Part shown: one piece after another, positions 9,423 to 18,961 of the stretch | Layout: every line of letters begins with the position of its first letter | Position numbering within the stretch: position 1 is the stretch's first letter | Assembly: GCA_963735805.1 (NCBI GenBank) | Contig: CAVTMK010000001.1 | Coordinates: 358,246-422,245, forward strand | Reading direction: 5' to 3' | Length of the DNA stretch: 64,000 nucleotides | Source: an uncultured Verrucomicrobiae bacterium | Lineage (GTDB): Bacteria; Verrucomicrobiota; Verrucomicrobiia; Chthoniobacterales; UBA10450 | Position numbers and translations under genes: made by a program | Notes under the pieces: model-generated | What the model saw: the letters and a program-made list of their open reading frames with translations, nothing else | Database searches by the model: none | Told to the model about the DNA's origin: nothing

Positions 9423-11041
9423 TCTTCGAGGTGCACTGAGTTCATGATATGATCGATCTCTTTCTTTAACTCAGGATTCGTGTTGAGATTCGAGGTAAAA
9501 GTGATCTCTAACAGCTGGCCCTTGTAAGAAGTGGTTAGGAACCGCGTGTAAACTGGATTATGCGAATAATCCTTTATGCCCTTCCGCATTGGGACGTAAC
9601 GCCAGTCCGCCCATTTTCGACCATCGATCGTCACGATTTCTTTCTTCAGCCATTCGAGGTGTGAATCTTTGGGCAACCACTTGAAGCCTTTGCTGTATTC
9701 AGCCACACGCATCTTCAGATAGCCCTCAAGTTTGTCCGGCGTCAGGCCATGGGTACCGCGCAAGACTTCTCCCCACGCGCCATCCGGACCCGAGAACCTG
9801 GCCACAGTCTTTGGCTCTTTCGGATCATCAGGGTCGCGAGAAAAATCAGAGGGAATATCGAGCTTGAGCTTGCCATTCAGGAGATTAACTGTCGTGGCCC
9901 CCGAAGAGGGACGGTCTTTTGAATCCGCAGGCGACTCTTCGCTGGCCAATTCTGGATCGAGCTTCTGGGCGGCCTTAAAGTCGGCCTCAGCACCGTTTGC
10001 ATCCCCTTTCTCCTTCCTCGCGACAGCGCGATTGTAATAGGCGCGTGCATAGTCCGGTTTGAGTTCGATTGCGCGTGTATAATCAGCAATTGCGCCTTCC
10101 TGGTCGTTATTCTCCGCTCTGGCATTGCCTCGGTTGTTGTAAGCGGCCGGGTTTATGGAGCCGAGTTCGATTGCTCGCGTGTAGTCGGCAATAGCACTAA
10201 CCGTGTCCTTTTTCAGCCGTTTGGCTTGAGCGCGGTTGTAATAAGCGGCGTCATCCCTCGGATTGAGTTCGATGGTACGATTAAAATCGGCCAAAGCACC
10301 ATCCAAGTCACCGTTCTTCGCTTTTTCAATGCCACGGTTAACGAGGTCTGCATCCGACTCTTCGGCAGTTGGTGATGACGCCGGAGACGGCGACTCATGT
10401 ACGGTTTCCTGAATCTCGACCGCGACCAAGTAGCTGAAACTGATGTCTACCTTCGCTTCACGAGCACCGAGTCGCATTGGACCGGCAAAATGCGAGAGTA
10501 ATACTTGGTCGCTTTTGGCGTTCTTGTATCGCCCGAAGCTGATACGCGGATAGGAACTGCCTTTCGACCTTTCTTTTGATTCCTCGAAAACAAATTCGTC
10601 TCGCTCACCCTCATCCTTCTTACCCAGAAATTTCATGACCGTCGCGCCTTGGTCCGGAGCGTTTGTAGCTGGCTCACCTTTCAATCGCGCGTCGATCAAA
10701 CTAACCCAGTTGTTTAATCGCTTCGACGTTTGTGTGTCCACAGGCTTGCCTGTTTCGCCCCAATCATTCGACCTTAGCCAGGTCTTTCCATCCTTCCGGA
10801 CAAATTCGCCGTCATCAGTCTGTATTCTTTCCGGACCGCTGTTCGGATAACGATCGTATTTGAATTCTGCTTTGCCGCCTGGACCAAAATCAAGACTCGC
10901 AATCGCCACGAAATGGACCTTGGAATAGAAATCGCGGCTGTACTTCAAGTTCTCCGCTGCGAATTTTGCGTCTTGCGCCCGCAACGGTGACAGAACGAGG
11001 ACTAAAGTCGCAACCAGACCCGATAACTGGAGGGTTTTCAG
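9419..11041 (-). CDS. Exported multidomain TPR protein; probable CTG start at 11041
   Basis: Four TPRs (AYYNRA, AYNNRG, AIADYTRAIEL). In-frame extension upstream of 10984 encodes signal peptide (L)KTLQLSGLVATLVLVLSPLRA, bounded by an in-frame TAA. Confidence 0.8.
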   Translation of the reverse strand: MKTLQLSGLVATLVLVLSPLRAQDAKFAAENLKYSRDFYSKVHFVAIASLDFGPGGKAEFKYDRYPNSGPERIQTDDGEFVRKDGKTWLRSNDWGETGKPVDTQTSKRLNNWVSLIDARLKGEPATNAPDQGATVMKFLGKKDEGERDEFVFEESKERSKGSSYPRISFGRYKNAKSDQVLLSHFAGPMRLGAREAKVDISFSYLVAVEIQETVHESPSPASSPTAEESDADLVNRGIEKAKNGDLDGALADFNRTIELNPRDDAAYYNRAQAKRLKKDTVSAIADYTRAIELGSINPAAYNNRGNARAENNDQEGAIADYTRAIELKPDYARAYYNRAVARKEKGDANGAEADFKAAQKLDPELASEESPADSKDRPSSGATTVNLLNGKLKLDIPSDFSRDPDDPKEPKTVARFSGPDGAWGEVLRGTHGLTPDKLEGYLKMRVAEYSKGFKWLPKDSHLEWLKKEIVTIDGRKWADWRYVPMRKGIKDYSHNPVYTRFLTTSYKGQLLEITFTSNLNTNPELKKEIDHIMNSVHLEE

Positions 11042-11047
11042 AGGGCC

Positions 11048-11077
11048 AGATTAAGAAATTCAGGCGTGCAATGTCAA
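11048..11077 (-). promoter_or_regulatory. Sigma70-like promoter TTGACA-N18-TAATCT for the exported-protein operon
   Basis: Exact TTGACA at 11077-11072; TAATCT at 11053-11048, 6 nt before the CTG codon. Confidence 0.55.
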
Positions 11078-11101
11078 TCGCTCGATCGTTAGGATTAAAA
11101 C

Positions 11102-11698
11102 ATGAACTGGTGTCGAATTGCGATCGTGACGAAATGCATCTTGCTGTTCACGTCTGCATACGCGGCAAATCCATTTCTCAATGCGCAAGATGACAAGCCG
11201 GTGTCCGCCAAATTTCGCGGCACCGAGTGGGGCGACGAGATTCAACAGAACGATATCCCGCTCAGTGCGCGAGTCGTTACGACGCGTGTTGCCAAGATGC
11301 CGTGGGGCGCGATTTTCAAAATCGAATTTACCGATCTCAAATCAAACGCACCGCAGAAGCGCGAAATCCGGCCTGATTATTTCATCGTCACAGACGACCG
11401 AATCGCTCTATTGAACGAGGAAGACAACGAGGCCGCGGTTAAGAAAATTTCAGCGCTGGATAAACCGCCGGAGTTCGAGTCGAGCGACATCTACGGAATT
11501 ACCACCGGCAAATTCAGCCACGAAGATGGCTCATGGAAAACAACAATCGGAGTAAAAGGCAATCTATCCATTTACGATTCGAGCCATCCCTCGGGTCATT
11601 TTAAGAAGATCATTTGGAAAAAGGGAGTTGGATTGGTGGAGTATGCGAGCGGTTACGGCGCGCATGCTGACGGTTTCCGTCTGCAACGCGAGAAATAA
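11102..11698 (+). CDS. Exported hypothetical protein
   Basis: Signal peptide (LLFTSAYA); C-terminal WKKGVGLVEY beta motif. Confidence 0.75.
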   Translation: MNWCRIAIVTKCILLFTSAYAANPFLNAQDDKPVSAKFRGTEWGDEIQQNDIPLSARVVTTRVAKMPWGAIFKIEFTDLKSNAPQKREIRPDYFIVTDDRIALLNEEDNEAAVKKISALDKPPEFESSDIYGITTGKFSHEDGSWKTTIGVKGNLSIYDSSHPSGHFKKIIWKKGVGLVEYASGYGAHADGFRLQREK

Positions 11699-11778
11699 AT
11701 GGTCGTGTTCTCGACCGATCCGGTTGGCTGCTAAAAAGGCTTGGCTGCGACAGAGACAACAGCGATGGACAAGGTGAA

Positions 11779-13626
11779 ATGGATCTGGCCCTGACGTTAA
11801 AGAAACATTTCGGCTATGATCAATTCCGGCCGTTGCAACGAGAAATCATTACCGACGCGCTCACAGGTCACGATCTGTTTGTGCTGATGCCCACCGGCGG
11901 CGGGAAATCGCTCTGTTTTCAATTGCCAGCTTTGATACACGAGGGTCTGACCATTGTGGTTTCGCCACTCATTTCGCTCATGAAAGATCAGGTGGACGCG
12001 CTACAAACCAGTGGGATCCCAGCTACCTACTTGAATTCGACACTGGACCGAAAGGACGCAGCCATGCGGTGGCGCGGACTGCATCGTGGGGAGTACCGGA
12101 TGCTCTATGTCGCACCCGAGCGACTGATGCTCCACACGTTTCTGGAACGAGCAGTGAACTGGAACATCGCGCAGGTTGCCATCGACGAAGCACATTGCAT
12201 CAGCGAATGGGGCCACGATTTCCGGCCGGAATATCGCGAGCTCAAGAAATTGCGAACGCATTTTCCGGACGTGCCAATGATGGCGCTGACTGCGACGGCT
12301 ACCGGGCGGGTGCGGGACGATATCGTAAAGCAACTGAAGCTGCGTGAGCCGCGTTCTTACGTCGCCAGCTTTAACCGGCCAAATCTTACTTATCGAATAA
12401 TCCCAAAAACAGCACCCTACGATCAACTACTCGAATTCATTCGCAGCCGGCCTAACGACAGCGGGATCGTTTATTGTGCGAGCCGAAAAAGCGCCGATTC
12501 ACTGGCGCGGAATCTCAGTGAAGACGGTTTAGCCGCGAAGCCGTACCACGCCGGCCTAACGAGTTCAGAGCGCACGAAAAATCAGGAAGCATTTCTGCGC
12601 GATGACGTTCGAGTGGTCACTGCGACGATCGCGTTCGGAATGGGAATCAATAAGCCGAACGTTCGCTTCGTCGTGCACCACGATCTTCCGAAAAACCTGG
12701 AGAGTTATTATCAAGAGACCGGGCGCGCCGGCCGCGACGGGTTGCCCGGCGAATGCATACTGCTCTTCAGTGCGAGCGATGTCGCCAAGCAGCTCCATTT
12801 CATCGATGAAAAGAGCGAGGCCGAAGCGCGCATTGCCCGGACACAGCTCCAACAAATGGTGCATTTCGCCGAGACACGCGAATGCCGCCGCGCGACCCTG
12901 TTGCAATATTTCGGTGAGCAATATCCAGAGACGTCGTGCGAAAGCTGCGATAATTGCCTGACGCCACGCGAAACGTTTGATGGCACAATTCCGGCGCAGA
13001 AGTTTCTCTCCTGTGTTCATCGCATCCACGCGAAAAGCGGATTCGGATTTGGTTTGAATCATGTGGTCGATATTTTGCGTGGCGCAGACACAGAGGCCAT
13101 CCGGCAACGAAGCCACAACGAGTTGTCTACTTACGGGATTGGTCGCGAATTGAAACGGGATGCCTGGCAGGCCATCGGGCGGGAACTGCTACGCCTCGGG
13201 TTCGTCGAATGCGCACCTGGAAAGTTCGCGACCTTAAGGCTCGCGACGGCAGGCCGCGACGCCCTGCGCCGGCGCACAATGATCACGCTCACAAAGCAGA
13301 TTGAAGTTGTCTCGCAGGCGCGGGAGCAAAAGCTACGCACTGGCGCGATTGAATGCGACGAAGTGTTGTTCGAGCGTCTGCGCGGCTTGCGGCGAAAACT
13401 GGCTGACGAACGCAGTGTGCCCGCTTACGTAATCTTCTCCGATGTCTCGCTTCGTGAAATGGCAAAAAATTATCCGACAACTACCGTCGAGTTTCGGCGA
13501 ATTCCCGGCGTCGGAGAGAAAAAGCTGAAGGATTTTGCCGACGCATTTCTCAACGAAATCAAAAACTACCTCGCCAAAAGCGGTTTCAATGTTGTTTGTG
13601 ATCGCCCTCAACCTTCATATAGGTGA
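11779..13626 (+). CDS. recQ: ATP-dependent DNA helicase RecQ
   Basis: MPTGGGKS, DEAHCISEWGHDFRP, ALTATAT, YYQETGRAGRDG, Zn-binding CDNC, RQC and HRDC domains. Confidence 0.97.
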   Translation: MDLALTLKKHFGYDQFRPLQREIITDALTGHDLFVLMPTGGGKSLCFQLPALIHEGLTIVVSPLISLMKDQVDALQTSGIPATYLNSTLDRKDAAMRWRGLHRGEYRMLYVAPERLMLHTFLERAVNWNIAQVAIDEAHCISEWGHDFRPEYRELKKLRTHFPDVPMMALTATATGRVRDDIVKQLKLREPRSYVASFNRPNLTYRIIPKTAPYDQLLEFIRSRPNDSGIVYCASRKSADSLARNLSEDGLAAKPYHAGLTSSERTKNQEAFLRDDVRVVTATIAFGMGINKPNVRFVVHHDLPKNLESYYQETGRAGRDGLPGECILLFSASDVAKQLHFIDEKSEAEARIARTQLQQMVHFAETRECRRATLLQYFGEQYPETSCESCDNCLTPRETFDGTIPAQKFLSCVHRIHAKSGFGFGLNHVVDILRGADTEAIRQRSHNELSTYGIGRELKRDAWQAIGRELLRLGFVECAPGKFATLRLATAGRDALRRRTMITLTKQIEVVSQAREQKLRTGAIECDEVLFERLRGLRRKLADERSVPAYVIFSDVSLREMAKNYPTTTVEFRRIPGVGEKKLKDFADAFLNEIKNYLAKSGFNVVCDRPQPSYR

Positions 13627-14140
13627 ACGATTTGAGCACTTCGTTGAGTGCCGTAAAATTCTTGCGATAGCTTACTTCGTCTCGTGCCGAGAATACGATG
13701 TAAGCGACTGCCTTGGGCAATTGAACGTAAGCGACCCTTTCCCACTGGGAATACGATTTGGTGGCCGGGTATTCGTTGATGAAATACGGCTGGCCGTCGC
13801 CCGTTTTTCCGGAGTCGACTTTCTCTTTGGGTTTGCCATGCACTTTTTCCATTTGCTGAACAGACATGGCGACAAACTTTCCGACATCCTCGTAATCCGT
13901 GCCCGCGATCTTGGCGTACATGATTGCGTTCGCATCAGCCCAGGTCGACCCTTTCGGATAAAGAACGCACGGCAATCCCTGCTCGGCTCCGGCCCTGTTA
14001 TCGAGAACCCACCCTTGCGGAGCATCGATCTTAAAGGCGGCCTTCGGGCCGTAAACAACTCCACCCGGATACGTCTCCTGGGCCAAACCGCTGGCGCAAA
14101 GAACAACTGACACAATGCAGACAGGGAAAATTGTTTTCAT
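13586..14140 (-). CDS. Exported hypothetical protein
   Basis: Signal peptide MKTIFPVCIVSVVLCASGLA; APQGW motif; convergent overlap with recQ. Confidence 0.7.
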   Translation of the reverse strand: MKTIFPVCIVSVVLCASGLAQETYPGGVVYGPKAAFKIDAPQGWVLDNRAGAEQGLPCVLYPKGSTWADANAIMYAKIAGTDYEDVGKFVAMSVQQMEKVHGKPKEKVDSGKTGDGQPYFINEYPATKSYSQWERVAYVQLPKAVAYIVFSARDEVSYRKNFTALNEVLKSFTYMKVEGDHKQH

Positions 14141-14170
14141 ATTCTGCGAACAGTTTGAGGCGCTCCACGT

Positions 14171-15040
14171 GTGAAATCGATTCTTTTTCTCTCGACAATT
14201 TATCAATCTTCTGGCGAGAAATTAAGCGGGCCCGTGCAATTCTTACTTAATCTACCGCCGCCGGTTTCATTCTTCATCGTTTCGGCGATTACGACCTTCT
14301 TTGCACTCGCGGGCCTTTATCTCGTGCGAAAGAAATATCCGGCGGAAGTCCTAAAGGAGAATCACGAAGTAGCTGCGATCATCTTCAATGCCTTTGGCCT
14401 TTTTTACGGCGTGCTGCTGGCGTTTGTGGTTTTTGTAACATGGGGCGGATACGACGACGCCACAAAGAACCTCCAACTGGAGGCAAATGAGGTCGCTGAC
14501 ATTTTTCACATTACACAAGTATTTCCCGACCCCGCGGGTGAAGTGATACGGCAAACACTGCAGGATTATGTTACTTCGGTTTATAATGATGAACTGAAAA
14601 GAATGGCGCAGGGCGAGATAAGCCTCCATTCCAACGAGGCAATACTAAAGTTGATTACAGTGTTCTATCACGTGGATGAGAAGTCGGTCCCCAACAGAGA
14701 GATCTACGCCGAAGCATTAAAGCGGTTAAACAACCTGGCTGAGTACCGTCGACTAAGAATATTTGCGGGGAACGATACCGTACCGGGCGCTGTCTGGTTG
14801 GTACTACTTGTTGGCAGCGTGATCAGTATTTCGTACACCTACTTCTTCGGAATGAAGAACATCAGGGCGCAATACTTGATTGCGGGGTCGCTTACGGTAA
14901 CGATCACGATGATTCTATTTTTGATATACGTTCTCGACCACCCCTTTACCGGAACAAGCAGGGTGAGCTCCGACCCTTTGAAACAGGTCATGATGATACT
15001 GAAGAAGGATGGCCGCGTGCAGCCTTCGTCGATTCCTTAG
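14171..15040 (+). CDS. DUF4239-like membrane protein (alternative start GTG 14234)
   Basis: FGLFYGVLLAFVVFVTW, RRLRI and LDHPFTG motifs; four predicted TM segments. Confidence 0.8.
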   Translation: MKSILFLSTIYQSSGEKLSGPVQFLLNLPPPVSFFIVSAITTFFALAGLYLVRKKYPAEVLKENHEVAAIIFNAFGLFYGVLLAFVVFVTWGGYDDATKNLQLEANEVADIFHITQVFPDPAGEVIRQTLQDYVTSVYNDELKRMAQGEISLHSNEAILKLITVFYHVDEKSVPNREIYAEALKRLNNLAEYRRLRIFAGNDTVPGAVWLVLLVGSVISISYTYFFGMKNIRAQYLIAGSLTVTITMILFLIYVLDHPFTGTSRVSSDPLKQVMMILKKDGRVQPSSIP

Positions 15041-15222
15041 CGTCGCTTCTTTTTAGGCAATCCCTTGCGCTTCGTTTTTGCAAACTCGCGCAGCTGCGTC
15101 CTGCTCATCGACTTGTACATTCCACGCGAAGCACCTTTAAGCGATGACTTCGAGCGTTTCCCGCGCTTGGCAGCGAGAGCGGCGCCGGCGGCCATTTGTT
15201 GTTTCTTTGATTTTGCCGGCAT
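15037..15222 (-). CDS. DUF3008 family small basic protein
   Basis: MPAKSKKQQMAAGAALAAKRG...LKGASR.MY.SM...L.EFA.TKRKGLP signature. Confidence 0.9.
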   Translation of the reverse strand: MPAKSKKQQMAAGAALAAKRGKRSKSSLKGASRGMYKSMSRTQLREFAKTKRKGLPKKKRR

Positions 15223-15275
15223 ACAAACAGGTTTCGTATCTCAAACGCGAAATGGATTTGTGAGAACGGAGATGA

Positions 15276-15797
15276 ATGAATAAGCGGTTGCAACGAGCGC
15301 TCTGGAAGTGTCCTCAATGCAAGCGACAATTCGCAAACCGGAATCAATCGCACTTTTGTGGAAAACATGATCTGGAGAGGCACTTTGGAGGTAAGGCGAA
15401 GGAAATTCGCGACATCTATCGGGCTGTGCTTAGAGCTATTCGGCAATGCGGACCAGTAAGAGTACTGCCGGAAAAGACTCGAATTGCATTTCAGGTCCGA
15501 ATGTCTTTCGCGCAGTTGACCCCTCGTTCAAAATGGGTTGACGGGCATGTGGTTTTGGCGCGGAGACTTGAGCAACCGCGGTTTCGAAAGATTGAGACGA
15601 TTTCGCCTAGGAATCACGTGCATCATTTTCGGTTGACGTCGGCAACGGAGGTGGATGAGCAGGTCTTAAGATGGCTGCAGGCAGCTTATGCGGTCGGAGA
15701 ACAACGCCATCTGCGGGCAGACCGGTCAAATCTCACGCAACTGCCGCGGCGCGTCCGCCCCAAAAGAAATAAACCGGCACACCGGTTAAGACGATGA
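15276..15797 (+). CDS. DUF5655-like protein with N-terminal CxxC
   Basis: WKCPQCKRQFANRNQSHFC...HHFRL....EVD....WL..AY. Confidence 0.8.
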   Translation: MNKRLQRALWKCPQCKRQFANRNQSHFCGKHDLERHFGGKAKEIRDIYRAVLRAIRQCGPVRVLPEKTRIAFQVRMSFAQLTPRSKWVDGHVVLARRLEQPRFRKIETISPRNHVHHFRLTSATEVDEQVLRWLQAAYAVGEQRHLRADRSNLTQLPRRVRPKRNKPAHRLRR

Positions 15798-17235
15798 GAA
15801 TCCCGATTCCCGAAGTTGCGGGCGCCAGAAAACCCAGATCGACAACCAACAATCCGGCAAGCAGAATCGAGATAACCGGCACGACCGGATAACCCCAGGT
15901 GCGGTATGGACGATCAGCATTGGGTTTTGTGCGTCGCAAAACCATTAAGGCAACGACCATCAGAATGTAAAAAAGCAAGTCCGCCGACACAATGTATTCG
16001 AGCAGTTGATTGTACACATTTCCATAAACGACCCGATGCGTCGTGGGATCCTGCGTCACTGTGCGCGGCAGAGTCAGAAGCACGGTCCAGATTGCCTGCG
16101 CGACCAGCGCCGCCGCTGGAACGTGAAAGCGATTGGTGGTTCCGATTCTTTCGAAGAACAAGCGGTCGCGCGCCATTGCGTAGTAAACGCGAGCTCCGGA
16201 AAGAATCAGGCCGTTGTTGCAGCCAAAAGTAGAGATCATGATTGCTGCTGCCATGCACATCGCACCGAGGCGACCGAAAATTGCATTCATCATGGCTACA
16301 GCGACCCGATTGTGAGGCGCGTGCTCGATTTCCGAGAACGGCAACACGCCGACATAAGCAAGATTGGCCAGCACATAGAGGACGACAACGATGCCGCAGC
16401 CCACGACAAGCGCGCGCACAAGATTCTTTCCCGGGTCGCGTATTTCGCTGGCGATAAATGTCACATTTGTCCACGCGGTTTGCGCGAAGAGCGGGCCGAC
16501 CATTGATTTTCCAAACAGCAACGCGAGAGCGAGGCCGCCGGCGATCGTGAAGCCGGGTTGCGCGATTTGGGGGCTCCACCCATTCGCCCATGAGTTCCAC
16601 CATGCCGAGTTCAACGCCGCAGAGTTGGCATTCCAGCCTAACGACAGGCCGATCACGATCACGGCGGCGAGCGCGGCTGTTTTTGCGAACGTGAATGTGT
16701 TCTGCACGATTTTCCCGATTTCAAGTCCGCCCGTGTTGATCCACGTCAGCAATGTGATCAAGCCAACGGCGACTAATTGCTCGGTGGAAAGACTGATCGC
16801 ATAGCCGCCGATTGAAATTGGCGCCACCAAATAATTGTCCGGCGATACCCCGGCGACGAAGACGCCGAGAAATTTTGCAAATGCAATCGCCACCGCGGCG
16901 ATCGTCCCGGTCTGAATCACCAGAAACAAAGTCCAGCCGTACAAGAACCCGATCGATTTTCCGTACGCCTCGCGTAAGAAGACGTAAACGCCGCCCGCGC
17001 GCGGCATCATGGTCGCCAGCTCCGAGCAACAAAGCGCTCCGGTAATCGTTAGCAAACCGGCAACAGCCCATGCCAGAAGGAGCCAGCCCGGCGCGCCGCT
17101 CAACCGTGAGGATTCTGCTGAAGTGATAAAAATCCCTGAGCCGATCATCGATCCCATCACGATCATGGTGGCGTCGATCGGTCCGAGCGCCCGAACGAGA
17201 CCAGATTGCCGTCGGTTATCGCTCTCTTCCGTCAC
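15733..17235 (-). CDS. APC-family amino acid permease
   Basis: GSMIGSGIF, ELATMMPRAGGVYVFL, RVYYAMARD and RPYRTWGYP motifs. Confidence 0.93.
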   Translation of the reverse strand: MTEESDNRRQSGLVRALGPIDATMIVMGSMIGSGIFITSAESSRLSGAPGWLLLAWAVAGLLTITGALCCSELATMMPRAGGVYVFLREAYGKSIGFLYGWTLFLVIQTGTIAAVAIAFAKFLGVFVAGVSPDNYLVAPISIGGYAISLSTEQLVAVGLITLLTWINTGGLEIGKIVQNTFTFAKTAALAAVIVIGLSLGWNANSAALNSAWWNSWANGWSPQIAQPGFTIAGGLALALLFGKSMVGPLFAQTAWTNVTFIASEIRDPGKNLVRALVVGCGIVVVLYVLANLAYVGVLPFSEIEHAPHNRVAVAMMNAIFGRLGAMCMAAAIMISTFGCNNGLILSGARVYYAMARDRLFFERIGTTNRFHVPAAALVAQAIWTVLLTLPRTVTQDPTTHRVVYGNVYNQLLEYIVSADLLFYILMVVALMVLRRTKPNADRPYRTWGYPVVPVISILLAGLLVVDLGFLAPATSGIGILIVLTGVPVYFFWGGRAAAVA

Positions 17236-17987
17236 AACAAATGCTGCGGTGCACCGATCCTGACCCCGTCGTGTTCCAACCGCTTTCGCAATTCACGCGC
17301 GAACTCAACGGCGCCGGGTGTATCGCCATGCACGCAAATTGTCTCACCGCGCACCTCGACGTCACGGCCGTCAACCGAGCGCACCTTGCCTTCGCGCAAC
17401 ATTCGAAGCACACGCTCGGCAGCTTCTTTTGGATCATGAAGCAACGCATCGGGCCGCGTGCGCGGAACGAGCCAGCCGTCATTCAGGTAATTGCGATCGG
17501 CGAAAATTTCGCGCGCGATTTGCAATCCATGCGCTTCGCCGCCACGGGCAAGCTCGCTCTTTTCCGGCGCGAACAGAATTAACTTCGGATCGACCGATTC
17601 GATAGCCCGCGCGATCGCGTCAGCCAGTTCGATATTCCAGACGGCCATGTTATAAAGGGCGCCGTGTGGTTTGACATGGTTTGGTCGCGCGCTCACGGCA
17701 GAGGCGATCGCTTGAAAAACTCCGAGCTGATAAGCCACGGCGTCGAACACTTCCTGGTTACTCACCTCTAGTTCCTTGCGTCCGAAATTCTCGCGATCGA
17801 AAAAGCTTGGATGCGCTCCGACCGCGACTCCATGTTTTTTTGCCTGAGAGACAGCAGCGTGCATCGTATCCGAATCGCCAGCGTGAAATCCGGTCGCGAT
17901 ATTTGCCGAGCTGATGAGCTCAAATAATTCGTCATCGTGGCCTGAGCCCTCACCGAGATCGGCATTGAGATCGACGATTAGCTTCAT
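17232..17987 (-). CDS. pxpA: 5-oxoprolinase subunit PxpA (LamB/YcsF)
   Basis: DLNADLGEG, GAHPS, HVKPHGALYN, FADRNY and TICVHGD motifs. Confidence 0.95.
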   Translation of the reverse strand: MKLIVDLNADLGEGSGHDDELFELISSANIATGFHAGDSDTMHAAVSQAKKHGVAVGAHPSFFDRENFGRKELEVSNQEVFDAVAYQLGVFQAIASAVSARPNHVKPHGALYNMAVWNIELADAIARAIESVDPKLILFAPEKSELARGGEAHGLQIAREIFADRNYLNDGWLVPRTRPDALLHDPKEAAERVLRMLREGKVRSVDGRDVEVRGETICVHGDTPGAVEFARELRKRLEHDGVRIGAPQHLL

Positions 17988-18952
17988 GAGGTATGTAAAC
18001 TGAGTCCCACGCGAAAGAGTTCCAGTTGTCGCTCGCGCTCGAGTAAAAGCCGCTGCGCATCAGCTATCGAGGCTTCGGAAAAACGGACGTAATCGCCTGC
18101 GCGAAGTTGCGCTGCAAAGCCAAGGTCAACGGTGATCACATGCGCTATTTTCGGATAACCGCCAATGGTTTGGCAATCTCCCAAAAGTAAAATCGGCTTT
18201 CCGCCAGGTGGAACCTGAATTGTGCCAGGTGCCACTGCTTCAGAGATTAGATCGCGCTCATCGACTCGGTTCAGCTCTGGACCCTCAAGGCGCACGCCCA
18301 TGCGATCGGAATCCGTTGATACGGCGAACGCTTCACTCGTTAGGCGCTGCAGCGATGAAGCGTCAAAGCGGCTCCAGTCTACGCCGCGGACAAAACGCAA
18401 AATGGGATCACGTCTCGCGGGGCTCACCCAATCATACGGCGCCGTCCACGAGGAGATACCCGTAACCGGGGTTGGTGACCTCAGTCCCAAACCGAGCGGA
18501 AGAACATCGCCATCACGCAATGCGCGTCCTTCAAATCCGCCAAAATTCGCTCGCAAGTCAGTGGAGCGACTTTTGAGAACAGGCTCAACATGGATCCCGC
18601 CGGAAATTGATAGCCAGGATCGACAACCGGTCTTGGGCGCACCGAATTTCAACTTTTCGCCTGACCCAACCAAACAAGCGTGGCCGGCTGGCAATAACGT
18701 CGATCCAACCCGCACGTCGAATTCGCCACCGCACCACGCAACGACCTGTTCGTCTTCAAAGCGCAACTGTAAACCACCCAGCGTAATCTCCAGTCCCGCC
18801 GCGCCCTCATCGTTGGCGACCAGCAGATTCGCCACGCGCAACCCGAAGCAATCAAGTGCGCCGCCTGACGAAACGCCAAACTCGCGAAAGCCTGTGCGAC
18901 CAAGGTCCTGCACGCTGGTAAGAAATCCCCCGCGCTCAACAATCAGATTCAT
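17984..18952 (-). CDS. pxpC: 5-oxoprolinase subunit PxpC
   Basis: VQDLGR.G...GV...GA.D, SDRMGVRL and DCQTIGGYPKI motifs. Confidence 0.93.
   Translation of the reverse strand: MNLIVERGGFLTSVQDLGRTGFREFGVSSGGALDCFGLRVANLLVANDEGAAGLEITLGGLQLRFEDEQVVAWCGGEFDVRVGSTLLPAGHACLVGSGEKLKFGAPKTGCRSWLSISGGIHVEPVLKSRSTDLRANFGGFEGRALRDGDVLPLGLGLRSPTPVTGISSWTAPYDWVSPARRDPILRFVRGVDWSRFDASSLQRLTSEAFAVSTDSDRMGVRLEGPELNRVDERDLISEAVAPGTIQVPPGGKPILLLGDCQTIGGYPKIAHVITVDLGFAAQLRAGDYVRFSEASIADAQRLLLERERQLELFRVGLSLHTS
18462..18486 (+). repeat. Degenerate GTAG-type REP-like palindrome inside pxpC
   Basis: GTAACCGGGGTTGGTGACCTCAGTC versus GTAGCCGGGGTCGCTGACCCCGGCC in pxpB. Confidence 0.6.
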
Positions 18953-18961
18953 GTCTGTCGC

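Noticed and set aside
2874..11698. Integron cassette array
   Set aside because: Genes overlap or abut, leaving no room for attC sites, and no integrase is present.
13586..15797. Convergent gene overlaps (recQ with 13586; DUF5655 with the permease)
   Set aside because: Short unconserved-looking tails; common and not informative.
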